Made by a program: the position numbers and the translations under genes. A stretch of 61,556 bases of DNA, the filler included, from Corallochytrium limacisporum Hawaii (lineage: Eukaryota > Protista > Pluriformea), in NCBI GenBank assembly GCA_002811645.1. It is 4 parts of 3 records of this genome, joined end to end, with 100 filler letters (N's around TTAATTAATTAA, not from the genome) between each part and the next. Parts side by side here need not be neighbours in the genome. Positions count along the whole stretch, not along the records: positions 13,293 to 31,895 come from PDIP01000109.1; 3 more parts are not named here. The stretch is one strand, 5' to 3'. Below are positions 19,654 through 30,700 of the stretch, piece by piece. Position 1 is the first letter of the stretch. Every line of letters starts with the position of its first letter. A model generated the notes under the pieces. The model was given only the letters and a program-made list of their open reading frames with translations, did not search any database and had not been told where the DNA came from.

Positions 19654-22113
19654 TTACGACATTGAATGCGACAGCAGCTTCTGCAGGCGTCCTTCAAAGT
19701 AGCTGAGTCGTTCCGCTTCCGTGTCAAATTCCTTAAGCATTGCACCATCATACAAATCCATCAGCACTTCGTACATTTCGTGAACCTCATGCCGTAGAAC
19801 TGATTTGACGTATAGGTACTGTTCGGCTGACAGATTACAATCCAGGACCAGCATGCGGATCCGCTCTGCTTTTTCACTTTGCGACAATGTAGAACTGCTG
19901 GTGGCAGCATGTTCCTCAGTGTTATCAACGTATTGGTACAGGTTTTCAGTGCTTGACACTCGTCTTTGTCCTCGATCCTCGGACGCTGTTCCCGTGGTCG
20001 AAGACTCCTGACCATCACTCACCGACTGTGGCACTACTACTGATGCTGTAGCAACCTCACCGGGCACAGAGGATCGACATCCTTCATCCCTTGTGCTCTG
20101 GATCTCATTGTTTTTGTCTTTCCCTGTGTCTCCGTCCGCCACAGGCAGGTACTGATGGCCGCTGATGTGTTGTGTAGCCACAGCATCTGCGTCGCTACTA
20201 TCAACGATAGAAGATTTCGCTCCATCTACGAAAGTACCCGGCACTGCTTGAGCAGGAATTGCATAGTAGCGGGCAGATGGCTCTCCACTCAGCGTCTCAC
20301 CACCCGTGGCACGGTCTGTGCGAGCAGGCACTTCAGCATACGCATAGCTTGGGGGAAAATCCAGGGAAAGACTTGGCACTGGAGGCAGCGGCCGACTCGA
20401 TTCAGATCCCAAGCCTCCGGATGAACGAGTTTTGTTCATCTGCTGACTTTCGGCGGTACGGCCGACACTCTGCGACTGTAGATCAAGTACAATCGAGCTG
20501 GTGACGGGAATAGCCACACCTGCCTCAGCTGTAGAGAACCGTTCTTGTGGGACTAGGGGACTGCTCTTCTTCATTGATGGCGAACTCCGCACATTTTGGT
20601 GCTGGCGTCGGCGACCCCTGCGTTTATATAGCAAAAAGCCTGCAATGCAGAAGAGGATCAGGACCCCAACAATTGTGCCCACGATTGGGCCAATGGCAGG
20701 GGAAGCAGATTCTGGTGTGGGTTCTGGGCCAGCAGTATTCGAGGTAGTATGGGAGGTGCTCGAGGAACCAGTGGTACTCGACGAAGTAGACGTACTCGAG
20801 GAAGTAGACGTACTCGAGGAAGTAGAGGTAGGTTCGGGCTCCGGGGTAGCCACAGTAAACACGTATGCACTCCCGGAGTCGTTGCCATTGTCATCATTAG
20901 ATTTTGCACCCACCACAATTGTACTGCCATCTCTAGAAACACTCACGGACTCACCAAATCTATCACCATCTGCAGCATCTGCGGGATTCAACTTCCTGGG
21001 CTCGGTCCATTCTCCATTTCCGTTGCGAAACACATATGCGGTGCCAGATCCGAAGCCATCCTCGTCGTTCAACTCCGCACCAACCACAACTGTGGTGCCG
21101 TCGTCAGAAATGCTCACAGTCTTGCCAAACAGGTCTCTTTCCGGCCCATCAGCTGGACTCCATCTTCTCTGTTCAGTCCAATCACCGTTTTCATCGGCCA
21201 CAAACACATAAGCACTACCAGGTCGGTCGCCAGTTGAGCCCTCAGCAGCCGCACCAACCACAATCGTACTGCCGTTGTCAGTAATGCTCACTGATCTGCC
21301 AAACTGATCACCCTGAACTCCACCAGTGCGAGTCAGTTTGGTCTGGTCAGCCCATACTCCACTCTCATCCCTATCAAACACATACGCACTGCCTTCGTCA
21401 CCACCATCACTAGCTGCACCGACTACAATTCTACCGTTGTCAGCAATGCTCACTGAGGTTCCAAACGAATCCTCAAATGCCCCATCCGCGGCAATCAACT
21501 TCACCTGCTGGGTCCATCCACCTCCATCATCCGCTTCGAACACGTAAACGCTGCCAGTGTTGACGGCATTTTCATCATCAGTCACCGCGCCAACCGCTAT
21601 CATTCTGCCGCTGCGGGAAACACTCACAGAGTAGCCAAACGAGTCACCGGCAGCAGCATCGTTGGCAGTCAATTTTGCTTGTTGCGACCATCCGCCGGTC
21701 CCATCTGCCGCAAACACATACACACTGCCACTTTGGGGGACAATGTCACCACCCAAATAAGCACCAACCGCAACAGTGTCGCCATTTTCAGATATGCCCA
21801 ATGACGAACCAAACCAGCCGTTGGCCACCTCATCGTTGGGAGTCAATATCGCCTCCTGAATCCACCCGTTATCCCCATCTTTTACAAATACATAAACGCT
21901 GCCAGGCCTCTGGCCATCTGCATCTGCACCAACCACAATCGTATTACCATTACCAGCAATGCTCACTATCACGCCGAAGCGATCACCTTCAGCAGCATCA
22001 CTGGCAGTCAATTTCACCCCCTCTTGCCCATCGTTTTGCCGCCGACCCCGGATCTTCCCATCCGGAGATCCGTCTACCTCCCTTTTGAACCAATTGGTAT
22101 CCAAAGCTGTCAT
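19654..22113 (-). CDS. FG-GAP seven-blade beta-propeller type I membrane protein with a long Tyr-motif cytoplasmic tail (receptor A); 5' end uncertain
   Basis: Seven repeats of KL.A.D....D.FG.SVSIS.DG..IVVGA......GS.YVF, then a Ser/Thr stalk, TM IGPIVGTIVGVLILFCIAGFLLY, stop-transfer KRRGRRR and a ~320-aa tail. Confidence 0.9.
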   Translation of the reverse strand: MTALDTNWFKREVDGSPDGKIRGRRQNDGQEGVKLTASDAAEGDRFGVIVSIAGNGNTIVVGADADGQRPGSVYVFVKDGDNGWIQEAILTPNDEVANGWFGSSLGISENGDTVAVGAYLGGDIVPQSGSVYVFAADGTGGWSQQAKLTANDAAAGDSFGYSVSVSRSGRMIAVGAVTDDENAVNTGSVYVFEADDGGGWTQQVKLIAADGAFEDSFGTSVSIADNGRIVVGAASDGGDEGSAYVFDRDESGVWADQTKLTRTGGVQGDQFGRSVSITDNGSTIVVGAAAEGSTGDRPGSAYVFVADENGDWTEQRRWSPADGPERDLFGKTVSISDDGTTVVVGAELNDEDGFGSGTAYVFRNGNGEWTEPRKLNPADAADGDRFGESVSVSRDGSTIVVGAKSNDDNGNDSGSAYVFTVATPEPEPTSTSSSTSTSSSTSTSSSTTGSSSTSHTTSNTAGPEPTPESASPAIGPIVGTIVGVLILFCIAGFLLYKRRGRRRQHQNVRSSPSMKKSSPLVPQERFSTAEAGVAIPVTSSIVLDLQSQSVGRTAESQQMNKTRSSGGLGSESSRPLPPVPSLSLDFPPSYAYAEVPARTDRATGGETLSGEPSARYYAIPAQAVPGTFVDGAKSSIVDSSDADAVATQHISGHQYLPVADGDTGKDKNNEIQSTRDEGCRSSVPGEVATASVVVPQSVSDGQESSTTGTASEDRGQRRVSSTENLYQYVDNTEEHAATSSSTLSQSEKAERIRMLVLDCNLSAEQYLYVKSVLRHEVHEMYEVLMDLYDGAMLKEFDTEAERLSYFEGRLQKLLSHSMS
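20774..20827. repeat. 18-bp x3 coding minisatellite encoding the (STSSST)n stalk of receptor A
   Basis: GTACTCGA(C/G)GAAGTAGA(C/G) at 20774, 20792 and 20810. Confidence 0.85.
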
Positions 22114-23915
22114 GTCTTGGTGCTCCTGGCTGTCGAAGCGTGCTTTGTTGATTGGTTTGGCTCAAACATACACGATCTGTAAGCTTTGCGTGAGATGTAC
22201 TTCTACTTTCGTCAGCTAATACTGCAAGCGCAACACTTACTGTATGGCATACGCTCTCTTTATCATCATTGGAAATAGCATGCCAATTTTCAGAAAAACA
22301 ATCGTACCATGTGGAGCCTTCTTATTCACGGCACCCAATGAGCGTGTTCAAGCGCCTCTGCCACTTAAAACACTATCCATGACGAAGTCACATACAGAAC
22401 AAACTCTGCCCGTATGCGCTGACTTAGGCGCTCTACACCTGTCTGTGCGACGGGGCACATAACGCAATACATTTTCAAAATGGCAAATCGGATACGGATT
22501 GGTGCCACCTTGCCATTTACGTCAAGGGACAGGTGACTCTGAGCGAGTATTAAGAAGAGTGAAGCCCAATGCACTGGTCACAAAGGAATGTATTGCCGTG
22601 GCTGCCTCCCTTTTATGTAAGTCTGTTCATGATTACACCTTTGCCAGACCTCATGTATTCATGGAGACGCACATTCACAGCTTCGACAGATGAGCCACTC
22701 ACTGCATCTATTCGATGTTTCGGTGTAAATGGAGTGGAACAAAATATTGTCATTCAATGGCTGTGCGCTCATGATTGTCAAGAACTAGGATTTCCTATGG
22801 TGGTGCCATCGCTTTTCCACCAATGTTTAAAGTCTATGGTCGCAACATGTGCGCATCACACACGCGTCATCTGCGCAAATCTTGCAGGCCGGTGGAGATC
22901 TTGGGGCTTCCTCCCTTCGTTCACAGTCGCCGGTCCACCGTCCGGTGAGGGGCAACGGCGTGTCCGAAAGGAGGATGATGCCGTCCCCTTGGCCGGCGCT
23001 GTCCACGGACTTTCTCAATACAACCACCTCCCTTCCCTCTTGGGGGTGTGGGGGGAGGTGGGCGGTCCCCGCCTTCTCTCAGGTCTTTCCGTGACGTTGC
23101 CATCGTCCAAAGCCGGTAAGGGACCGGCCCAGAAAGGGGGAGAGGGGGGGAGAGAACTCGCATATCTCTCTGGCTGGTTGGAGAGGGGCCCGGTGCGATT
23201 GAATACTGGGCCACAAAGTTGCCAAGTCTGCCCTGCGAGGGGATTTGGTTTTATTCAGTAATCGCTGCTTTACATACCGATTCGTCGCATTTCCGACGCA
23301 TGTGGCCAGGCCTTCAGCCTGCAGAGAGACGTCTAAAGAGTAGCTACCTCACATTATGCACTTTGCACACGGCTGCTTCACCATCAGCAACTCTGACGTT
23401 CGTGTCCGTAAGGAGGCGAGTAGCCCTACCGCTTCACCACCACATAAGAGATTTTGCACATCCACTACCAGTTTCTCGGCCTACTGCTTGGATTCTTGAG
23501 AACGATTTGTCCTCTTCTTTGGCACCCAACCGCATTCCCACCTAATGACAGGCCTTTGGACACCTGCCTTCAGGGACGTTATCCTACTTCCGTAGTCTGG
23601 AGAACACTGGCTAACCCAGAAACGCACAAGCTACCGATGAATCATTGGAAGCCTGGATCTTATATTCAGCTGATACTTCCTGTGATGATCTCACGCGTGA
23701 CGTCCATCATCGTCAACCCAGAACGAGGACAACGGGTTCAGGATAAACGTTGGGCTATGTTTATTATTTTGTGATAAGGATGTGAGGGGTAATTTACGTT
23801 ACCAAATGTGAATCGTAGGAGTGTCCATGGTTTTGACTATGCAGCAAAGCAAAGCAAAAAAAGACAAAGAGTCCAGAGGATATACAGGCAGCACCCTCAG
23901 TTACTTGTTGAAAGA

Positions 23916-26342
23916 TCATTTGTCGCCGTTTCCGCCATCACCTTCGCTCTTCGTATGTCCCTTAGCCAGTAGTACTTTGGCTCGCTTTTGGAACGAGTCC
24001 TTGTTGAATTCTTCTTCGTTCTCCTTCCAACCGCCGCAGACTGCAAACAGTCTGCGCATGCTCAGGCGCATGAAGAACTCATCGTCTGTCTGCGGATGTA
24101 CCATAGCAGGAAGTACGCGGTTCAGGTCCTCGGGATCCAGTACTTCCTCCAAACATTCGCAGATCTTGTTGTCGTTGTCTTCGTTGCCATCGATTTCAGC
24201 CATTCCAGGAGCACCAGGTCCGGTGACCGTGAGGTAGCCCTTGCTCGCTCCGGCGGCAGCCCCACCAGGGTTATCACTCAGGCTCGGAGCAGATGTCGTC
24301 TCCGACCCGGGACCTGCGGTGCCGCCCATGGGCAGGTACGTACCAGGATGGTGGAAATGTCCCTGTTGCTGCTGTTGCTGATCACTGTCCGACACGACTG
24401 AAACATAACCACCAGCCCCACGTGCGGCGACGTACTCGTAGTTGTCGTCGTTGTAGCGTTGGGCAGCGGCCAGTGTGGCTCCAGCTCCCACGGCGGCAGC
24501 TCCTGCGACCGCAGCTCCCGCAGGGATGTCCGGCAACGCCCGACCAGCACTGGTCAGACCTGCCTCCGATCCGTCAGACATCGTGACAGTGCTCGGACGG
24601 ACATCTGAGTAGACGTTGGGTTGTCCATTCTCAACATTGACGACATCGGCTTCATAAGGGGTTGCGGATGAGTTGTACTTGAAGTCTTCACCTTTTCCTC
24701 CAGCACTGCCATCTGAAGCGGTGCGGACACTTTCAATTACAGAGACAGCGTTCGCACCGGATGCGGCTTGGCGTGCCCTGCGGCGGCGACGGTAGAAGAT
24801 CAGTCCCAGGATTGCGAGCAGAAGGATTGCCACGCCCGCAATGATGCCCGCAATCACTGCAGTGTTGTCGCTGCTCCCACCGTCGTCTGATCCTTCACCT
24901 CCTTCCCCGCCTCCGCCACCGTCCGTATTGCTGCCCGCTTCAACACATCCAGACTTATCGGTCGCTTCTTCATAATTGTCATCACATGAGCAAGACGAGT
25001 TCGTGCAGGTAGAAAACTCAGGACAGTCTTCGTTTGCCTGACAGGCCGAATCGGCACCGACCGGGGTCAGATTGCGGTTAAAGACGAAGGCACTACCCGG
25101 TCCATCCGAGGCACGTGTGTTTCCTGCAATGACGTACTGGCCACTAGGGCTCACGTTAAGGTCAATATAAGTCGAAAACACCACGTCCACTTCAGTGTGA
25201 CCGTTGGCGTTGGCATCCGTAGTGTCACGAGTGAAAAAGTAGAGCCGCTCGCCTTGGGCTTCGCCTGCCTTGACCGCGACAAGACCACCAGTACTGTCGC
25301 AGTCGACGCGGTCGCCAAAGCGTCCACCAGCGCGGAGATTATCACCAAAAATCATGTGCGAATAGACGTAGGTATTACCTTCCCTTTGGTACGCCGCTAC
25401 ACCGCCCGTGCTCAGCGCCTGGGGTCCGTCAGTGAATGGAGCTGAGCCAAAGATCCATTGGGCATCGCCACTGATGGCACAATCAAAGCCAAAGTTTCCG
25501 CTGGCCTTGGCCACACCATCAGGGGCCTGAAGACGCTGCAACTGCGTATAATCAGTAGGGCCAGATTGTTGCTCAAAGACATAGACGCTGCCGCTGTCTT
25601 GCAAGTTATCGAAATCCGTAGTGTAGGCACCGGCAATGATAGTCTTGCCATCGCTGCTGATGTCCACTTCCCAGCCAAAACGGTCAGCGTCTGTCGCTTC
25701 TGTCGTGTCCTGCAGGCGCTGTCGGAAAGCATAAGATGGGACATTCCCATCGACACGCTCGTATACGTACACGGCGCCCTGGAATGAATCCACAATGTAG
25801 GCGCCGAGGGCGACGAGAGAGCCATCACCGTTAATGGCGACGGCGGAACCGAAAAGATCCCTCACGTCGTTCTGGCTGTCTTCAGCAAAGATGGTTGTGA
25901 CCTTGGCCCAGGTGTCAGTTTCCTTCCAGAAGATTTCTGCGAATCCTGGGAGATCGTCATCAACGAAGGATCCGACCACTACCCACCGGCCGTCGTCGCT
26001 AATTGCGGCTTGCCTACCGAAGTCATCGTTCGATCGGCCTTCATCACGGTCCTCAAAATATGCAACCTCATATGGCGCCGCGTCACTATCTCTCTCGTAG
26101 ATCCATAGAGCACCGCGTTCGTCGTTTTGGTCGTCGTCGGTGACCACCATGACCTTGCCATCACTGGAGATTGCGACAGCGTTACCAAAGTGGCCGCCGT
26201 TGGCGGATGAGGGGGCAGGAACCTCTACTTGTGTCTCTTCCAGGAAGCTCGTGGCAGCGTGCACGGCCGGTGACATGGCCATGACCAGCAAGGCCGCACA
26301 AGCTGCCATAGTCTTGACAGCTGGATATCGGATGTACTGCAT
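23916..26342 (-). CDS. FG-GAP beta-propeller + EGF/EB-like type I membrane protein with a Tyr-motif cytoplasmic tail (receptor B)
   Basis: Signal peptide (..AACAALLVMAMSPAVHA); about 7 FG-GAP blades (FGNAVAISSDG, FGRQAAISDDG, FGSAVAINGDG, FGWEVDISSDG, FGFDCAISGDA, FGDRVDCDSTG, degenerate 7th); six-Cys module CQANEDCPEFSTCTNSSCSCDDNYEEATDKSGC; Gly linker; TM AVIAGIIAGVAILLLAILGLIFY; RRRRR. Confidence 0.9.
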   Translation of the reverse strand: MQYIRYPAVKTMAACAALLVMAMSPAVHAATSFLEETQVEVPAPSSANGGHFGNAVAISSDGKVMVVTDDDQNDERGALWIYERDSDAAPYEVAYFEDRDEGRSNDDFGRQAAISDDGRWVVVGSFVDDDLPGFAEIFWKETDTWAKVTTIFAEDSQNDVRDLFGSAVAINGDGSLVALGAYIVDSFQGAVYVYERVDGNVPSYAFRQRLQDTTEATDADRFGWEVDISSDGKTIIAGAYTTDFDNLQDSGSVYVFEQQSGPTDYTQLQRLQAPDGVAKASGNFGFDCAISGDAQWIFGSAPFTDGPQALSTGGVAAYQREGNTYVYSHMIFGDNLRAGGRFGDRVDCDSTGGLVAVKAGEAQGERLYFFTRDTTDANANGHTEVDVVFSTYIDLNVSPSGQYVIAGNTRASDGPGSAFVFNRNLTPVGADSACQANEDCPEFSTCTNSSCSCDDNYEEATDKSGCVEAGSNTDGGGGGEGGEGSDDGGSSDNTAVIAGIIAGVAILLLAILGLIFYRRRRRARQAASGANAVSVIESVRTASDGSAGGKGEDFKYNSSATPYEADVVNVENGQPNVYSDVRPSTVTMSDGSEAGLTSAGRALPDIPAGAAVAGAAAVGAGATLAAAQRYNDDNYEYVAARGAGGYVSVVSDSDQQQQQQGHFHHPGTYLPMGGTAGPGSETTSAPSLSDNPGGAAAGASKGYLTVTGPGAPGMAEIDGNEDNDNKICECLEEVLDPEDLNRVLPAMVHPQTDDEFFMRLSMRRLFAVCGGWKENEEEFNKDSFQKRAKVLLAKGHTKSEGDGGNGDK

Positions 26343-26796
26343 TTTTGAGCCTGAGTATGTGGCTAATGTGGACTGCTAGGGTGTTTTCTTCACTATGCAA
26401 CACCTGATGTCCCCCAAACCAAATAGTTTGTAAGTCTTAGTTTACCTCTCGGTCTCACGTACTCCAAGTACGTACCGCTCTCAGCTCCTGAGCTATTAAC
26501 TTACAAGGACTCATCTGGGTATACCATGTATCAAGTTCATGGTCTTAATTACCCTGCTCTTTTCTTTCGTAATATACTAGCCCTTGATCATTTACAGAGT
26601 GAGAACACTCTTCGACGATCGTAGATCCGGGTCCCATCGTTACCTCGCAGGGCACTTTCTCACTCTTGCGGCCACCGTGCTCTCAATCTCCTTTCCCTCT
26701 CGGTCCCAACTATAACAATAGTAGACATCATCTAGCGTCATAGGTCACTCACACTAACACTTGAAAGCACAAAATCGGTAGTCGGAGAGGAAGACC

Positions 26797-26821
26797 GTGT
26801 GTGTATGTGTGTGTGTGTGTG
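26797..26821. repeat. (TG)n microsatellite
   Basis: Near-perfect TG run with one interruption. Confidence 0.85.
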
Positions 26822-27407
26822 ATCAAGAGCATTGAGACGACAGCAACACAACGAGGTTGATCCCTGCTGAGCAGATCCCACTTCCTTTCTGCTGGCCGAT
26901 AGGACTCCCATTTACTCGCGCATATCAGAACACCAATTCACACAGCAGATGCATCGCAAGCGAATGCACTTTGCAAAGAGTGAGTGACACTTACGCCCCG
27001 AACGATGATGCCACATGAGCGATCGCCAGGCCGAGCGGTGCTCACCCAAGATTTCACGTTTCCACCTTGCAGGCGACTGAGAAATATGGTTAGACAGAAC
27101 CCGGGGAGGCATTCCATCGCGGCTCGGCCGGTCTCTGTGGCACTGCAGATGCTGGTACATGACCCATACTGCACACGATTCCGTTTTCCGCTCCCCGTTC
27201 TCGCCGATTCCCTAGCATTTTTTTGGTTTCGTTCGGGCCGCTGTGTGCCCCGTCTCAACTGTCCCTGGTTCCAAATCTGCAGATATATTCTTCATACATT
27301 AAATACTGAAATTCCGGTTCAGTTGCCGGCCTTCAACAAAACAGAGGAGGGGAGCAAGCGCGGAGGGGATTTGGAATGTTTTCGAAGGAAATGCGAGGAC
27401 CACCCCG

Positions 27408-27537
27408 CAGGGAGAGAGAGAGAGGGGGGGGGAGGGGGGAGAAGAAGGGGAAAGGAAGGGGCGAAGCGGAGGCAGACGAGAGTCAGCCATGCACGGTGGA
27501 CCAGAACCACGGACACAGAGAGAAAGAGAGAGAGAGC

Positions 27538-27570
<33 letters not shown>

Positions 27571-27762
27571 CGGAGGAGAGTCAGAAGAAGGAAACGAAGG
27601 AGCGAGAGAGAAGGAGGGTGAGAATGGGGGAAGGGGAGAGAGGAAGGAAGGGGAAGTCATCACTTTCGCCCGTGTACACTTTGCGGCGCGCCACGACGTG
27701 AAGGCGGCCAAAATTCCCTTTGTCTTTTATACACACACACACACTCTCTCTCTCTCTCTCTC
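27408..27762. repeat. Polypurine (GA)n/G-rich tract followed by a compound (AC)n(TC)n microsatellite
   Basis: Purine-rich + strand at 27408-27656, including (GA)n at ~27517-27570; (AC)7 then (TC)~9 at 27731-27762. Confidence 0.85.
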
Positions 27763-30700
27763 ACTCTTCGGTTCGTTCACCTCCTCGGGCTGAGCCACAG
27801 GGGCAATACGCGAGGAGGCTTAAGAGAGAACAAACCAGGATCGAGACAGACGGGAAAGGGGGAAGGATCAGGTAAAAGAGGGAACTGGGAAAAAAAAAAC
27901 ACAGGGTAAATGAAAAAGTTTTTTGGAGCGGGGAGGGGGAAGTATGCAACGTGGAATGAAAGGAATTGGAGACGGCGAAGGAGGGAGAAGGGATCGACAG
28001 ATCCAAGGATCTATGTTGGAAATGAACAGAGAATTGCATTGTCCCAGGAAGTTATCGATACATTCAGTATGCACTTGGAAGCTAGTGGCTCTTCCTCTGG
28101 ATGCTCTGACGGGAGAGCCAAAACATCGCTTAGCGGGGAGCGGCAAAAGAGAGACCGCAGAGAGAGAGTGTGAGCGCGCAGGTGAGCGATCGGAACGCCA
28201 GGTGGATTGTATGCCGAAGTGAATCCATTTCCACATTGACTAATATAGATTTATCTTTATTGTTGTGTAATGGAATCTACATATAATACGTAATTTATTT
28301 ACACTCTATTGATTATTTAAATCATAGATTTAATTTATACCAATCATTGTATTTCTTACCGGGTCACTGAAAAGCTGGGAGATGGGACGGTCGTGCATAC
28401 CGAAGGTGTGAGCACTTTTTTTTTCTTTTTCTTCGAGTCTGCGACTCCCCTTCCGTGGGTGCCAAACCGAATCGCTTGTGCAATTTGTTATTTGGACTGG
28501 AGGTGTATGACAAGAGTATGCGTTCCCAAATCACTATGATACGATTGTACAAAGTAGTAAACCTGCCACATGCTAAGCGGAACACAGGCACACGAGACCC
28601 GGGCCTACCACTCTGGGCCAGTAGGGACCGGCCCCAAGTCCTCAGTTGGGGATGCTCCGGGCTTGCAACGAGGACCTGTTTCCGACAATGTCTTCAATTC
28701 TTCTGCCACATTCATTGAGGATACATCCCATAACTTTTAGACTCCGGGGGGGGCGCTAGTTAGGGGGCCTTAAGAGAGATAGACATTGCGCACAGCAATA
28801 GCCCCCACTATGCCGGTCACATCGTCATTTCTGCATCACGGTACTCGTGCTTCGAGGAGAACCGGGGGGTGTTGGACAGTAGATGTGCGTAGCTTGGATC
28901 AGGAATAACGGTTCTAAGTTTTTGAGTTACGTGTTTTGGATGGACGGTGCTTCTTGTGCTCTCGTCCTTTGCACGCAAGATTGACGATATTTGTCCTGTT
29001 TGAAGCTAATAATGCTCCCACACGACGCACATCCACCTAAATATCCCAAGTCCCGGATTCCGCAAAGTAGAAGCTTGCTGTGTTTGGCTTTAAAATACTT
29101 CGAGGAGGTGTACAAGCGATTTCACCGATCCAATCCGTCAGTGTCCGGACATAGTGGTACCTTTCTTGGTTGCCGATGAACAGGTGGTCCGCCACCAGAT
29201 CTAATCATGTTTTAGTTCTCCATCGTAATCCTTGAATGAGCACATTGTTTCGGCTTTACACGGCGACAAGAAACGCCCAAGAACCCGCTTCTCGTTTACA
29301 TCTCCCCAGCACCAGACTGGGCACTGCGCGAGTACTGTTGGGGCATCCGCCATGATGCAAATGGAAACTGCAGCAGCTAAACAGGCCTGTGTTGGAAGCG
29401 TACGACCTTGGGCTTCGTTGGCCGGTCTACCGGTGATTTATTTTTTACGAGCGCGTACCCTTCCCGCGCACATACAACATTGCCATGTGGAGTAACATCA
29501 AAAATGGATATAGAAAGGTGATAGCAGGATCAGAGTCGAAAGTCCAGGGTAGTGGCTACATGCTCAACCGACATACTCAAGCCTTAGTTTGCGATGAAGG
29601 CTGCGGAATGGGTTCGGCCCACCAGCCATTCCTCGTCGGATCCACTGAGCACCGTGTCCAGCACCAAGCAACCCGTCTGTACGAGCAAACGTGTGCTTTG
29701 GACAATAAATTGCCCCCAATGGCAGCCAGTCCTCCACGAATAGCAAGTCTTATTCATTATTCACACTGCCTCTCGCTCACGTTCACTCCAGGAAAAGCCA
29801 AAACGGAATATCCTTCGCCTCTGGGTCAATTCATTCGATTCCCCTCTGATCCGAAAAAGGGCGTACCCACCCGAAAGGTTCAAACGAAGGAAATTGGAAA
29901 AAGGAACAGAAATTGAAAGAAGCGAGTATGGAAGAACGAGAGCGGCAAAGAGGGGGGGGGGGACCGAAAGCCCGGTTGTCTTGCTTGCGTTTTTGTTATG
30001 AGAAACCCGCCCCCTCCCCCCCCCCTTTTCCTATTCTTCCCAGTCTCTCTGTCCCCCCCCTCCCTCCCTCTCTCTCTGAGGGGAAGAACTGCGGGGGTCT
30101 ATTTTATGCACGGCCTGAGCGAACATGGAATGGGGGCCTATTATTAAATTGGGGCAGTTTCATGGTATTTTACATACGGCCTTTTCGAATAGTGGCACAG
30201 AGCTCAGATTTTGCGGGAGACAGCAAAATTCCTCTCTCTCTTTTTTTTTCCTCTCCACTACGGCAAGAGCCGCAGCTTTTCTTCTGTACATTTACCGCGA
30301 CGATCGGGCTGTCACATTCGGACCCCACTCGCAGACCACTGGCACGGGTCAAACTCCTGCGAGGTCACAGGCAGAGGTGCACCGCAAGGTACAGCACTAC
30401 ATTTTTTATCTTTCCCCGAAATGAAAATGTAATATAAGTTATATAGTGCGACGGAACAGTAAGTGGGGGACCACCGAGCAGGGGAGGCAATTCACCGTGG
30501 CTTTATGGGCCGGTAGACCTCCCCGACCAAACGCAACGATTTCAGTCTGCCCACCTCACCGGCACGAGTCTGTCTGCAGATCGTGGTCTCTCGGGAATTG
30601 CCCCCCCCCCTCTCTCTCTCTCCCCCCCCCCCCCCCCCGGGGGCGCTCCAATAAATCCACCGGCTCGGCACCGTCGAGAAAAACACGAAGCGCGAATACC

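Noticed and set aside
19654-26342. FG-GAP proteins as true integrin alpha chains
   Set aside because: No thigh/calf Ig-like domains, no GFFKR motif, and the tails are far longer than integrin alpha tails.
26984-27793. 269-aa ORF with ER/RE repeats and its antisense SL-repeat ORF
   Set aside because: Translations of GA microsatellite and polypurine sequence; no domain signal.
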